Below, piece by piece: positions 35,301 to 46,403 of a stretch of DNA of 64,000 bases. The DNA is from Paramoeba atlantica (Eukaryota > Protista > Discosea): assembly GCA_977017575.1 (NCBI GenBank), contig CDRNVI010000059.1, positions 372,001 to 436,000 on the forward strand, in the 5' to 3' direction. How positions within the stretch are numbered: position 1 is the first letter of the stretch; the number at the start of each line of letters is the position of its first letter. A model generated the notes under the pieces. It was not told where the DNA came from. It searched no databases and saw only the letters and a list, made by a program, of their open reading frames with translations. The translations under genes and the position numbers were made by a program.

Positions 35301-36940
35301 AAAATTTCGAGGCTGCGACGGCCACCGTACGCAACTCTTCATTTTCTTCCGTATCTTCTGCCTCTTCTGTGTCTTCTTCCTCTCCCTTCCCCGGCCTCCA
35401 CCCCCTCCCCCCCTCCCCCCTGTCCCTCTCCTCGGGGTCGCTGCTTACGCTGTGGGACGCGCTGCTCTCTCCCCTCCCCTCCGCGACCACTCGCAGCCGT
35501 GTGGAGACACTGAAAACAATACGACTCACGATTTCGTGTTTCCTGACATGGGATGAGGGCAAGGGGGACGTGACGCTGAGTTATGGGACGCAGAGGGAAA
35601 GGGGGGAAAAGAGTCAGAAGGAAAGGGAGGAAAAGGAATCAAAGACTCGAAACGAAACGGAGGCAAAGATGCAGAAGCAAACAGAGGAAACGCCTCAAAA
35701 GGAAACGAAGGAAAGGTCTCAAAATGAGGCAGAGGCAAAGACTCAAAATGAAACGGAGGCAAAGGTTCAGAAGCAAACAGAGGAAACGCCTCAAAAGGAA
35801 ACGAAGGAAAGGTCTCAAAATGAGGCAGAGGCAAAGACTCAAAATGAAACGGAGGCAAAGATTCAGAAGCAAACAGAGGAAACGCCTCAAAAGGAAACGA
35901 AGGAAAGGTCTCAAAATGAGGCAGAGGCAAAGACTCAAAATGAAACGGAGGCAAAGGATCAGAAGCAAACAGAGGAAACGCCTCAAAAGGAAACGAAGGA
36001 AAGGTCTCAAAATGAAGCAGAGGCAAAGACTCAAAATGAAACGGAGGCAAAGATTCAGAAGCAAACAGAGGAAACGCCTCAAAATCAAACAGAAACAAAG
36101 ACAAGGCCTCAAATTCAAACAGAGGAAAAGTTTCAAATTCAAACAGAGACAGAGACAAAGCCTCAAAACGAAACGGAGGCAAAGACTCAGAATGAAACGG
36201 AGGAAAAGACAAAGCCTCCGTTTATGCACACGAGTGCGTTGCCCTCGATCCACCGCACATGGGTCGCACTGGTTCCGTTGCTGTACCCGAGAGGGGCGAC
36301 AACGGAGGACGATGTGCACCGTGTGGTGAGGCGGTGTAGAGAGGAGGCCTGGGAAAGGGGGGAGCTGTTTCCTCCGAAAGAGGGAATAAAAGGAGAAAAA
36401 ATAGAGAAGGAAGGAGAAAAAGGAAAAAAAGGAGAGGAAATAAAAGTCAAATTGGAAACGAAATTGGAAACCATAAACGAAATACGAATGAAATCGGATT
36501 TAGAAGAAGACACCACTGCAGAAGAAGAAAAAGACGAATTTTCGTATCGTGAGACAAAGTTCTTGTGGGCTCCTACGATCGACAGTGTGGTTTTGGAGAC
36601 GCTTCGTGTGTTGAATGAAATGGTGACACATGCCCACAGTTTTTTATATCACCGCACACGTGTGGTTCTGTATCCACTTTTAGAGTATCTCACGTTTTCG
36701 TTGATACGATGGAGGAAATTGCACTTGCGCGTTGCTCGTCCGTTGGTGAAGGAGTGCATTCGTTGTGTAACGCTCAATGAGGATTTGCTTTTCAAAGCGA
36801 GACGAAATGTGGGGGAAGGCAATGGGGCATCGTCGGAGGCGTATCAGAAGTATCTGATGTGGTTGTGGCCGAGACTTTGCGGTCTCGCACGTAGGTTTTC
36901 GATTCCTGTTCCGGAGCTTGCTAATGCGGAAGATCGTTAA
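32378..36940 (+). CDS. TTI1: TTI1-like HEAT-repeat protein (TTT complex) with a low-complexity insert
   Basis: LFRVLEYIECAVPEIQRAAQQALRRI..LFQHTDYILDEFSRRL and C-terminal LPSIHRTWVALVPLL resemble recalled Tti1 motifs; not verified by search. Confidence 0.6.
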   Translation: MDKEPLSHVELILGAVQHKYLLPLIHYGVLGEREKHPTASNSKTLASSSSSLDSKEVENAIAAYFENTAQVFQFLHKSRMISRLVDSWPSTSQHKQPSPAPRTQRPDTSSSPLDISERVYRTLSLFIHAAMKCYTFSCEKQTTSGDKLTRSLAIRTLFTIIETYVDQSPIHWVVRSTPGILSTIARFLSPNSTSMASDSSVLCIHILTIVLRRNFNNVQYRDSIPHDSLLVVFRHLFHSLLGFSGTSDFQDNFESRESHNSMSERSLQRHWLWFASNFTDELNGNTISAALQLCNVILHAPASLTYASVSDSSANSSNVSQDKELQSWLLEYHKTTEHNKKDTMEKGVVVPRNNNFAVSNPVPSRLFEYALDAYVLLNYFQYRYDLIPTQDKNSQLDENTDYKGGRSLFDPSTNTNTSFGNMNRPLFLEFLRSRGISLLNSLVGVQRKKLPRDDTQDFLLNYTSLPAENTLLLFVAYCYCSNLFTSSNSEMVSFSHLSGLILQCSQWVTTLHASFQAQPKKHFSDAIETPLIQPSSKISTKLYESIRITHETEDFSSPSLNLHLITQTTACHVLDDLVALLQPSSEVATICVDILEDIQLWRCAHLGAIHILTVLFGLCDFNFPVLQPRLSSLHSEMGEGLIGYLLSLQHLWGWDISERLFYEKFGLPSSLQDQVDRSLESFQETNSYSSIELKHKYQMLCHLLHFLGTAGSGEEAKTHRSIRLQCLFRVLEYIECAVPEIQRAAQQALRRISTTDRLTSFLFQHTDYILDEFSRRLSYSMCFPRTAQLVGTFLNLISQPNVWTNSTSTKSVDLDSPCVPLLLDPEKDVEDGVSLVTFSSHVEGFIRELLFGPLGTSLPDFDKTTILCAAVRYFRAVILTERRKDPFWIQHHPISPPSTTNPSASLPTLSDTSKSTENTSTPISPPQPFPNTQTSETQKNSKIPNPYPNPFQNTQKSAHPISPPPPFSPTSKRLENFEAATATVRNSSFSSVSSASSVSSSSPFPGLHPLPPSPLSLSSGSLLTLWDALLSPLPSATTRSRVETLKTIRLTISCFLTWDEGKGDVTLSYGTQRERGEKSQKEREEKESKTRNETEAKMQKQTEETPQKETKERSQNEAEAKTQNETEAKVQKQTEETPQKETKERSQNEAEAKTQNETEAKIQKQTEETPQKETKERSQNEAEAKTQNETEAKDQKQTEETPQKETKERSQNEAEAKTQNETEAKIQKQTEETPQNQTETKTRPQIQTEEKFQIQTETETKPQNETEAKTQNETEEKTKPPFMHTSALPSIHRTWVALVPLLYPRGATTEDDVHRVVRRCREEAWERGELFPPKEGIKGEKIEKEGEKGKKGEEIKVKLETKLETINEIRMKSDLEEDTTAEEEKDEFSYRETKFLWAPTIDSVVLETLRVLNEMVTHAHSFLYHRTRVVLYPLLEYLTFSLIRWRKLHLRVARPLVKECIRCVTLNEDLLFKARRNVGEGNGASSEAYQKYLMWLWPRLCGLARRFSIPVPELANAEDR
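35672..36080 (+). repeat. 96-bp in-frame coding tandem repeat (32 aa, ~4.3 units)
   Basis: CAGAAGCAAAC at 35672, 35768, 35864, 35960, 36056; encodes QKQTEETPQKETKERSQNEAEAKTQNETEAK. Confidence 0.95.
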
Positions 36941-37141
36941 AAGGTTGAAGTAAACCTTTTCTCTGTTCAGGTTTTGATGCAAGTGTATGAACGATTCTCG
37001 CATCACCTCACTGGATCATCTTTTGAAGCATGCTCGCTACTTTTTCATCATCAAAAAAGAAAAAGTTTAAAATATTAAAAACAAAGTGTGGCCCAAAATA
37101 ACATCCCGTTTATTTAAGTTTTCGCTTTCTTTCTATGCTCC

Positions 37142-37981
37142 ATGGATACCTCTGAACCCCTATTCCCCCAACGTCCCTCCAAAGTTCGAGGAACCGACCT
37201 CCCTCCGGTCTTTCTTCTCACACGTTTTATTCTCAACGTGACGCATTCTTTTTTCACTCACCAGCCCCCTGACTCACTTTCACAGTGGCCTGGAGTCGTA
37301 CTGAATGCTCATCAAGAAGTCATCGAAATCAACTGGTCCTCCAGAGGGATGCTGGGAACCCTCTCCTGGGCTTATCTTCCCTGTACGCTTATTAACCTAA
37401 ACTTAGGCAACGGTTTTTTGGGTGGGGGAAAGTCAAATCAACTCTTTGGTGACGTTGAGTTATCTCTACTTCCGCATTCCTTGCAGCTTTTTAATCTTTT
37501 TCGCAATAGCTTCTCCGGGGAGCTATCTCTTTCGCATCTTCCGCCTGGTTTGATTGAGTTCACAGCTTCGTCGAATGCGTTCACCGGTTCGATTTGTTTG
37601 CTTCATTTGCCTCGCACGTTGGAGTTACTTTTTCTCAAGGATAATCACCTTTGTGGTTCTCTGGATCTTGGTTCATTGCCTCCCGCTTTAAAAAATATCA
37701 GTCTCTCGCGTAATCGATTTCATGGTGAAATTCGTCTGGATGGTCTTCCTGTGCATCTGCACACACTTTCGCTGCATGGTAACCAGTTATGTGGTTCTCT
37801 TGACCTCACTCGTCTCCCTGCCTCTTTACGAACGCTTCACTTGTCCTCAAATCGTTTTGCAGGGCATTTACAGCTTCCCACGGGCTGTGACAATGAGGGA
37901 AAGTTTTTTAATTTTCGACAGAACATGTTTGACTCGTACAGTCCGCGTCCCGCTCCGTCCTATGTGTTGATGTGGCCCTGA
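37142..37981 (+). CDS. Leucine-rich repeat protein (paralog of 31050-31925)
   Basis: QWPGVV..EVIEINW cap followed by LPxxLxxLxLxxNxFxG repeats. Confidence 0.9.
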   Translation: MDTSEPLFPQRPSKVRGTDLPPVFLLTRFILNVTHSFFTHQPPDSLSQWPGVVLNAHQEVIEINWSSRGMLGTLSWAYLPCTLINLNLGNGFLGGGKSNQLFGDVELSLLPHSLQLFNLFRNSFSGELSLSHLPPGLIEFTASSNAFTGSICLLHLPRTLELLFLKDNHLCGSLDLGSLPPALKNISLSRNRFHGEIRLDGLPVHLHTLSLHGNQLCGSLDLTRLPASLRTLHLSSNRFAGHLQLPTGCDNEGKFFNFRQNMFDSYSPRPAPSYVLMWP

Positions 37982-38259
37982 TGGAACAGGATGCACGTCC
38001 TTTGTCAGACTTATTTTTTATACCACAGGTGTATCACACAGTCTGTAAATGACAGATTGTCACAAACAACTGTCTCCAGATATTTCTACACGATTAAACT
38101 GCCACGGTACTTACAGTACTCCAGAAATCGTATCATACCCGTAAAGCAACAATTTTCAATTTTAATAAGGAAAATATTTCGAAAAAACAATTTTTCAGTT
38201 TTTTTCTTCTTTGAATCCTTTTTCTCTTTTGTCTTTCTCTTTTTCTTACTCCGAGCATT

Positions 38260-40014
38260 ATGCCCGAATTAGGTGAATACTTAGTCGACCCCTCACTCAC
38301 GGACTCCACCTCTACGCCCTCCGCAAAAGACAATGTGCACCCGGCAATGGAAAAAGAGCTCCGTATTTTCGGTTCCGAAGTCATTCTCAACGCTGCCGTG
38401 CTTCTCCGTTTGGATATCTTCACCGCTACCCGTGCCATGGCTCTCTTCCAACGGTTTTATTTTCACCGCAGTCTTCGCGAACTTTCCATTTGGAGATGTG
38501 CCCAAGCCTGTTTACTGATTTCACTCAAAGTAGAGGAAAACATCCGACCCCTTTATGATTTGCTGCGTGTCTTCGAGACGCTACAAACGTTAAAAATGCG
38601 ACCTGTGACCCCACAAGGCGTCGTCCAGCCCTCTCTCCCAACTTTTATCACTTTACCCACAAAACCCAACGAAAAAACAAAACCTTTAGAAGACGAAAGT
38701 ATCGACAACCCCCTTCAAAAACAAACCCCCCTGTCTTCCCCATCTCCCCGTAACGCCCATCTCGAAGGCGTTGAAAAAAATGTTTCTAAATCAGCCGACA
38801 CGGCGAAAGACACAGCGCTCTCTCCCGAGCGCCCCGAGGCCTCTGATGCCTCGATCATCCAAGACGAGTCGTTTGTGTTGCAATCCCTGGGCTACGTGGT
38901 CTCCGTGGAACAGCCCCACCGGTTTGTCATCCCGTTCTGTCACGCGCTGCTGGCATCACGGGGTGAGGAGATGGTTTTCGAGGAGGAGGCGAAGAAGAAA
39001 CAGAAGACTACCCATTCCATTTCTCCGGCTAAGAAACAACGAAACCCCCCATCACAGGAAAAAGTGTCTGGGGTTATGTTTGAAATGAGACCGGAGCGGA
39101 CACAACATAAAACGTGTTGGGATATACAGGAGGGAAGCGTACAAAAAAGTGTAACTTCACAGGAAAGGGAGGATTCAACTTTTCTTCCCGTTTCGCTAGA
39201 AAACGTGCTGCCTTGTATTCTCCAACGCGCATGGAATTTCGTAACGGATAGTTTTCGCACCACACTGTGCTGTCGGGAGAGTGCGGTGCATGTGGCCTGT
39301 GGCGCCGTGTTTTTGGCCTGTCAAAGTGTGGGGTTAGAACTTCCCCTGCCTCCTGTGTCGGGGTTATCGAGTGGTTTGCCTTCAAACCTGTTATCCGGGA
39401 CACAAAGTGACAACACGGTCCATGATTTGAAGGTACCAAATACGGTAGAAGGGTCTGAAAACTCAATGGGTAGAGATACGTTGGATCCTTCGCTGTTGTC
39501 TAATGCGTTGATCGGTGCAACAGGTAATGTTCACTGCGCAACACAGCCGACACAGGACGAAGCGGCTAGTGATCGCGGTTCAACGCTCAAAGGAGGTGAA
39601 AATATAGAAGTGAAAACTGAAACTTGGACGCAAAACGAAGGAGTTTGTGTTTCAGATTCGAACGTTCACGATATGTCATGGTGCGAGTGTTTCAGCACCT
39701 CTCCTGCTGCTCTTCACTCTGTGATTGATTCTCTTTTAGAGCTGTACTCGCAGCTTCATCCTTCGAGGTACTTTTTCTTGGAAAGTTCGAAATCCTATCA
39801 AAAGGCGAAAGATGATTGTTTGAAATCTCGGCTGGCACACGCTCAACTTTTACAAAAGAGTTTTCGCATTAAGCAGCAGTATCTTTTGGAAGAAGAGCGA
39901 AAGAAAAAAATACAGACAGTCATTCAAAGCCGTGTGCGTAAGGCGTGTGCCCAAGCGGAGCTTGTTGCTGTTGATTCCCATTCTCGAATGTTTTCAAAGA
40001 AAAATGTTAATTGA
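38260..40014 (+). CDS. Cyclin L-like transcriptional/splicing cyclin
   Basis: ELRIFGSEVILNAAVLLRL...ATRAMALFQRFYF...ACLLISLKVEEN; second fold EESFVLQSLGYVVSVEQPHRF, AWNFVTDSFRTTLCCR, VACGAVFLA. Confidence 0.85.
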   Translation: MPELGEYLVDPSLTDSTSTPSAKDNVHPAMEKELRIFGSEVILNAAVLLRLDIFTATRAMALFQRFYFHRSLRELSIWRCAQACLLISLKVEENIRPLYDLLRVFETLQTLKMRPVTPQGVVQPSLPTFITLPTKPNEKTKPLEDESIDNPLQKQTPLSSPSPRNAHLEGVEKNVSKSADTAKDTALSPERPEASDASIIQDESFVLQSLGYVVSVEQPHRFVIPFCHALLASRGEEMVFEEEAKKKQKTTHSISPAKKQRNPPSQEKVSGVMFEMRPERTQHKTCWDIQEGSVQKSVTSQEREDSTFLPVSLENVLPCILQRAWNFVTDSFRTTLCCRESAVHVACGAVFLACQSVGLELPLPPVSGLSSGLPSNLLSGTQSDNTVHDLKVPNTVEGSENSMGRDTLDPSLLSNALIGATGNVHCATQPTQDEAASDRGSTLKGGENIEVKTETWTQNEGVCVSDSNVHDMSWCECFSTSPAALHSVIDSLLELYSQLHPSRYFFLESSKSYQKAKDDCLKSRLAHAQLLQKSFRIKQQYLLEEERKKKIQTVIQSRVRKACAQAELVAVDSHSRMFSKKNVN

Positions 40015-40892
40015 CCAGTTTCATAGTCAATATGCACAAACAAAACAAAGCAAATAACGTGAACGAAAAGTAGAATTGAATAAATTAAACCCCCCTCACA
40101 GTTATTATTCACATTTTTTATTATTTACAAGTACACTTATTGAGGGATATTCACCGTATCTCCATACGGTGAGCATCTAACTCGCTTACTAAGGTTAATT
40201 CCGCGAGCCCAAAATCGGCATAAAACGAGCACAAAAACGATTTTTTGAAAGTTTTAAAAACAGGGCTATGTCTTATCAATCAATCTCTGTAATACTCCAA
40301 AAATTAAAAAAATCGAGTGCAGTCAGCATTTTTTAGAACCCTTTTACCAAAAACAACGACTCGGAATGCGGCTCAGAGACGGACATTTTAAATCCGAAAA
40401 AAACACGAAGATGCTTGACTATGTTCCCAAAATTGACAGAACGTTCTTTGAAGTTTGATGAATATTTTTGAGCTCCTGAACTAACTTCAAGAACTACCTT
40501 TCTTTTTGAAACGCATTTCACTCGCCCACGGCATAACAAATGAACGAAAAAAAGGTATGATTTTCTCGGCCTTGAAAAAGTGGCCAGCTGGCCAACACCC
40601 CCTGGCAACCACCCCCTGGCACAATGGTGAGCTGGCCAACACCCGGAAAAATCGCCATCTGACTATCGGAAATTTTGACCTTGTCGGACCCCTCCTGCTC
40701 GTACCAGGTGGGGTACCCCCAGGGGGGGGGGGGGGGAATTATCGCCGCGGCCTACTCTACCACTTCGCCGCCCTCGATTTCGAAAAGCAAAAAATTCGAA
40801 AAAAAAAATCGTACGGTATGCCCGCCCCCATGGACCCCCCATTTTTTTCAATTTTTTTTTCTTTTTTTGACCACCGGATCCCCCTTTTATAT

Positions 40893-41771
40893 TTAGGCTC
40901 TTCGTTCAACGCGGTGGTTGTTTTCAACTTAGAAGTCACTCATGCTGCGCGATTCGCGTTGAAAACTACCGCCGCGTTTAACGAAGAGCCTAAAAAAGGA
41001 AATTTGGCCTGGAAAACGGAAAGATTATAGCCAAAAATAGCCGAATTTCTGGTAAAAATGGGGTCATTTTCGCGTATTTTTGCTCTCAGAGCACTAAATC
41101 CGACATTTGCGCGCGGGAAATCACTCGTAGGCATGAATGAAAGCCTACTGAACGTATTGGGTAGAGAATACGACTCCAACCATACCATTCTTTCGACACA
41201 AAAATGCCCCTTTAGGTCCGAAAAATACTTTTTCACCTTTTTTAGTCAAAAATGGGTCATTTGGAGGGGCGCCCCACGGTTCGAAGAAGTGATACCTTGC
41301 GAAAACGACTGCGGCGAAAGCTAGTGTACGTCCCAAACTATCAAAATACAATAGGGGAAACGATTTTGGAAAAATATTTTTTCTGTCATTTCTTTCGCCA
41401 AGTTGAAATGTTTTTCAAACGTTTTTTTCCTAAAAAATCCGAGCTTGGCGGACCCGTCCTGCGGATACGCGGGGGGGTCACCCCCGGGTAGGGGGGTGGA
41501 AAATGTGCGCCAAGACCCCGGCTACCCTTTTCAAAAAAAATTGCTCGACCATGCCCCCCCCCCTGGACACCCCCCTGTACACGCCCCCTGGACCCCCCCT
41601 GGACCCCACATTTTTTTCGATTTTTTTTTTCAGTTTTGGTCCACCGGAGCCTCCTTTTATATTTTTTTCTTCTATTATATTACTGTGTTCCCCTTTATAT
41701 TTTCACTGTTTTTGTTCACTTTTTTTTCAATAACCGAGGGTAGAGGGGTAGTTTTACAACCACCGCAATAA
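40893..41771 (-). mobile_element. Family A element, copy A2
   Basis: Same body and both hairpin ends as A1. Confidence 0.85.
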
Positions 41772-43450
41772 CGTTTTTTAGTAAGACAACGTTTTTTATT
41801 AAGACAACGGTTTTTATTAAGACAACTGTTTTTATTAGGACAATGATATTTATTATGACAACGTTTTTTATTAAGACAACGTTATTTATTAAGACAACGT
41901 TTTTTATTAAGACAACGTTTTTTAGTAAGACAACTGTTTTTATTAGGACAACGTTTTTTATTAAGACAACGTTGTTTGTTAAGACAATGTTTTTTATTAA
42001 GACAACGTTTTTTAGTACGACAACGTTTTTTATTAAGACAACGTTTTTTATTAAGACAACGGTTTTTATTAAGACAACGTTTGTTGTTAAGACAACGCTT
42101 TTTAGTAAGACAACGTTCTTTATTCAGGCAACTTTTTTTATTAGGACAACGTTGTTTGTTTAAGACACCTTTTTTTATTAGGACAACGTTTTTTATTGTG
42201 ACAATGTTTTTTATTAAGACAACGTTGTTTGTTAAGACAACGTTTTTGATTAAGAGAACGGTTTTTATTAAGACAATGTTTTTTATTAAGACAACGCTTT
42301 TTAGTAAGACAACGTTTTTTAGTAAGACAACGTTTTTGATTAAGAGAACGTTTTTTATTAAGACAATGTTTTTTATTAAGACAACGTTTTTGATTAAGAG
42401 AACGTTTTTTATTAAGACAACGTTTTTGATTAAGGGAACGGTTTTTATTAAGACAATGTTTTTTATTAAGACAATGTTTTATATTAAGACAACGTTTTTT
42501 AGTAAGACAATGTTTTTTAGTAAGACACCTTTTTTTATTAGGACAACGTTTTTTATTAAGACAACAATTTTTATTAAGACAACGTTTTTTATTTAGACAA
42601 CGTTATTTGTTAAGACAACGTTTTTTATTAAGACACCCTTTTTTATTCAGGCAACGTTTTTTATTAAGACAACGTTTTTTATTAAGACAACGTTTTTTAG
42701 TAAGACAACGTTGTTTGTTAAGACAACGTTTTTGATTAAGAGAACGTTTTTTATGAAGACAACGTTTTTTATTAAGACAACGTTTTTTATTAAGACAACG
42801 TTGTTTGTTAAGACAACGTTTTTGATTAAGAGAACGGTTTTTATTAAGACAACGTTGTTTGTTAAGACAACGTTTTTGATTAAGAGAACGGTTTTTATTA
42901 AGACAATGTTTTTTATTAAGACAACGTTTTTTAGTAAGACAACGTTTTTTAGTAAGACAACGTTTTTGATTAAGAGAACGTTTTTTATTAAGACAATGTT
43001 TTTTATTAAGACAACGTTTTTGATTAAGAGAACGTTTTTGATTAAGGGAACGGTTTTTATTAAGACAATGTTTTTTATTAAGACAACGTTTTTTAGTAAG
43101 ACAATGTTTTTTAGTAAGACACCTTTTTTTATTAGGACAACGTTTTTTATTAAGACAACAATTTTTATTAAGACAACGTTTTTTATTTAGACAACGTTAT
43201 TTGTTAAGACAACGTTTTTTATTAAGACACCTTTTTTTATTCAGACAACGTTTTTTATTAAGACAACGTTTTTTATTAAGACAACGTTTTTTATTAAGAC
43301 AACGTTGTTTGTTAAGACAACGTTTTTGATTAAGAGAACGGTTTTTATTAAGACAATGTTTTTTATTAAGACAACGTTTTTTATTAAGACACCTTTTTTT
43401 ATTAAGACAACGTTTTTTATTAAGACAACGTTTTTTATTAAGACAACGTT
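41770..43450. repeat. 18-bp AT-rich minisatellite (~93 units)
   Basis: GACAACGTTTTTTATTAA units with recurring higher-order variant blocks. Confidence 0.97.
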
Positions 43451-44380
43451 GCGGTAGTAAAACTACCGCTCTAGCCTCGATTGCGGTGGTTGTAAAACTA
43501 CCGCCCTACACTCGATTATTGAAAAAAAAGTGAACAAAAACAGTGAAAATATAAAGAGGAACACAGTAATATAATAGAAGAAAAAAATATAAAAGGGGGC
43601 TCCGGTGGTCCAAAACTGAAAAAATGGAAAATAATGTGGGGTCCAGGGGTGGGGGGGGGCAGGGGGGGTCATGGTCGGCCCAGGGGGGTCATGGTCGAGC
43701 AAATTTTTTCGAAAAAATTAGTTTTCGAAAAAAAACCGCAGAAAGGGTAGCCGGGGTCTTGGCGCGCATTTTCCACCCCCCTACCCGGGCGTGACCCCCC
43801 CGCGTATCCGCAGGACGGGTCCGCCAAGTTCGGATTTTTTCGGAAAAAAAAATTTGAAAAAAATTTCAACTTGGCGAAAAAAATGAAAAAAGAAATATTT
43901 TTCTAAAATCGTTTCCCCTATTGCATTTTGATAGTTTGGGACGTACACTAGCTTTCGCCGCAGTTGTTTTCGCAAGGTATCACTTCTTCGAACCGTGGAG
44001 CGCCCCTTAAAATGACCCATTTTTGACTAAAAAAGGTGAAAAAGTATTTTTCGGACCTAAAGGGGCATTTTTGTGTCGAAAGAATGGTATGGTTGGAGTC
44101 GCATTCTCTACCCAATACGTTCGGTGGGCTTTCATTCATGCCTACGAGTGATTTCCCACGCGCAAATGTCGGATTTAGTGCTCTGACAGCAAAAATACGC
44201 GAAAATTACCCCATTTTTACCAGAAATTCGGCTATTTTTGGCTATAATCTTTCCGTTTTCCAGGCTAAACTTTCTCTTTTAGGCTCTTCGTTAAACGCGG
44301 CGGTAGTTTTCAACGCGAATCGCGCAGCATGAGTGACTTCTAAGTTGAAAACAACCACCGCGTTTAACGAAGAGCCTAAA
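43449..44380 (+). mobile_element. Family A element, copy A3 (small hairpin duplicated); partial copy follows at ~44384-44510
   Basis: Inverted relative to A2; GCGGTAGTAAAACTACCGC then ATTGCGGTGGTTGTAAAACTACCGC. Confidence 0.85.
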
Positions 44381-44518
44381 AAAGAATATAAAGGGGAACA
44401 TAGTAATACAAGTGTATAATAGAAGAAAAAAATATAAAAGGTGGCTCCGGTGGTCCAAAACTGAAAAAAAAAATTGAAAAAAATGGGGGGTCTATGGGGG
44501 GGGTCAAGGGAGGGCCAC

Positions 44519-44697
44519 TCGCACACTGATAATGCATAAAACTCGCACACTGATAATGCATAAAACTCGCACTGATAATGCACATTGGCACACTGATAAT
44601 GCATATTAGCACACTGATAATCCATATAGGCACACTGATAATGCATAAAAACTCGTACACTGATAATGCATAAAACTCGCACACTGATAATGCATAT
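44519..44697 (+). repeat. 20-24 bp minisatellite GCACACTGATAATGCATAAAACTC
   Basis: Tandem units; reverse-complement array at 47291-47436. Confidence 0.9.
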
Positions 44698-44804
44698 TTT
44701 GAACAAGCCCTTCGAAAAAAAATTGTGCCCTTCAAAAAAAAATTGAGCCCTTCAAAAAAATTGGAGAAAGGCCCTTGAAAAAAAATTCTAGAAAAAATGG
44801 CGGA

Positions 44805-45085
44805 AGCCAAGACCTTGTTTACCCTTCTGCAAGATAACAACGTCTGACGTTAGTGGGAAGCTATTTGCGAAGCCCAACATTTCCACCATACCCAACCCGT
44901 AATAAGCCAAGACCTTGTTTACCCGTCTGCAAGATAAAAACGTCTGACGTTAGTGGGAAGCTATTTGCGAAGCCCAACAATTCCACCATACCCCACCCTT
45001 AATAAAGCCAAGACCTTGTTTATCCGTGTGCAAGACAAAAACGTCTGACGTTAGTGGGAAGTAATTTGCGAAGCCCAACCGTCTG
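44805..45085 (+). repeat. ~100-bp tandem triplication
   Basis: AGCCAAGACCTTGTTTA at ~44805, 44905, 45006; each unit carries GTTAGTGGGAAG(C)WATTTGCGAAGCCCAAC. Confidence 0.9.
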
Positions 45086-45383
45086 CAAGGTAAAATAGAA
45101 ATGGAAAGCCCATTCTAGGGATCGGAAATATGCAGTTGAAGGAAAGTTGGTAAAACTCAAAATTGGAAGAATTTATTATGTAGCCCATGCCGCTATCAAG
45201 AGAGTCACATCTTATGCAGAAGAGAAGAACCCGCCCAGCTTGGAGTTGAGTAGATGTCCAAACATGTTTAAAAATTGTATGGAAGAGTGAAATACGCACG
45301 TAAAGAGTGAAATACGCACATGGAAGAGTGAAATACGCACATAAAAAGCGCTAGAGAAAGGGACTGATGGGCCCTTCGGAGAT

Positions 45384-46385
45384 TCAAGAGGACTCCTGGG
45401 AACTGTCGACCAAAAATTGTGGGCGAGTTTTCCGAAGAATTTCTACGAACTCAGATGGCGATTGTTCTTGGAGCACTTCTTTTGGTCGAGCATTTATATC
45501 CCGCGAAACGGAGTCAAGATCCTTCTGCGAGATGTCACTAAACAAACGTCGTTTCGGGTAGAAATCTCGTACTACGCCGTTGAAATTTTCAACACCCCCC
45601 TTCTCCCAACTTGCATACGGTTTAAAAAAATACGAAGAGCAATTAAGCGACTGATTTACTTTCTCGTGTTTTGCAAACTCGGTTCCGTTATCATATGTTA
45701 TGGAGTGAACCAAGAAACCTTGAAGAGCACTGGTTATGTTTTCAGCGACTAGTGCTGATTTCTTGCATGTGAGCTTCTTTAGTATCCCGAACCGACTCTT
45801 TCGCTCAACCAAGGTGAGGAAGAATCCGCTGTGCCTTGTGCCTTCTATAAGGTCACATTCCCAATCGCCGTATCGCTCCCGATTGTTAACAATATTCGGT
45901 CGCTCCTCAATGTCGGTGCGATTCGGAATACCGGTACGGTTGGTTCCCCGACGGCGAGGTTGACCACGTCTTCCTCCACGGCGCAGACAACTCTCCAAGT
46001 TCCCATGTTGACCATCATCCCGCTTGATAAACCCGTATATTGACGTTCGGGATACTTTAATATCATCTTCTTTGCACAAGACTACTGTAATTTGCTGTGG
46101 GCTAAAGCGCCTGCGTAGGAGAGACACGACTTTGTCTTTAATCTCTCCTTTAATCATGCATGGGCGCGGCTGGCTTTTCAGCATGGACTGCTTCGCTGCT
46201 CGTTCAGCGCGCCTGGCACTGTACGTATCATTTCGAAGTCCGCGTGCGAGTTCCCGGCTCAGAGAGGATTGATTCATATTCAATTTCGCGGCAATTTGGA
46301 CTTGGGTGAAATTCTGTTGATTGTAAAGCACCTCAATCATGGTGCGGTCCTCTGAATCTATACGTTGACTTCGTGGTTCACTCAT
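45384..46385 (-). CDS. IS30-family DDE transposase, intact (333 aa from the ATG)
   Basis: N-terminal HTH (QVQIAAKLNMNQSSLSRELARG), FSPQQI, VSRTSIYGFI, ERPNIVNNRERYGDWECDLIEG, LTLVERKSRF, SITYDNGTEF, PYASWEKGGVENFNGVVR, INARPKEVL: all IS30 signature motifs with D, D and E intact. Confidence 0.95.
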   Translation of the reverse strand: MSEPRSQRIDSEDRTMIEVLYNQQNFTQVQIAAKLNMNQSSLSRELARGLRNDTYSARRAERAAKQSMLKSQPRPCMIKGEIKDKVVSLLRRRFSPQQITVVLCKEDDIKVSRTSIYGFIKRDDGQHGNLESCLRRGGRRGQPRRRGTNRTGIPNRTDIEERPNIVNNRERYGDWECDLIEGTRHSGFFLTLVERKSRFGILKKLTCKKSALVAENITSALQGFLVHSITYDNGTEFAKHEKVNQSLNCSSYFFKPYASWEKGGVENFNGVVRDFYPKRRLFSDISQKDLDSVSRDINARPKEVLQEQSPSEFVEILRKTRPQFLVDSSQESS

Positions 46386-46403
46386 ACTAAAATGCAACAA
46401 AAA

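Noticed and set aside
41843-43190. FIKTT / LRQRF repeat ORFs
   Set aside because: Artefacts of the 18-bp array.
45280-46403. Classical short IS30 terminal inverted repeats
   Set aside because: No matching 20-30 bp IR pair was found by eye next to the ORF.
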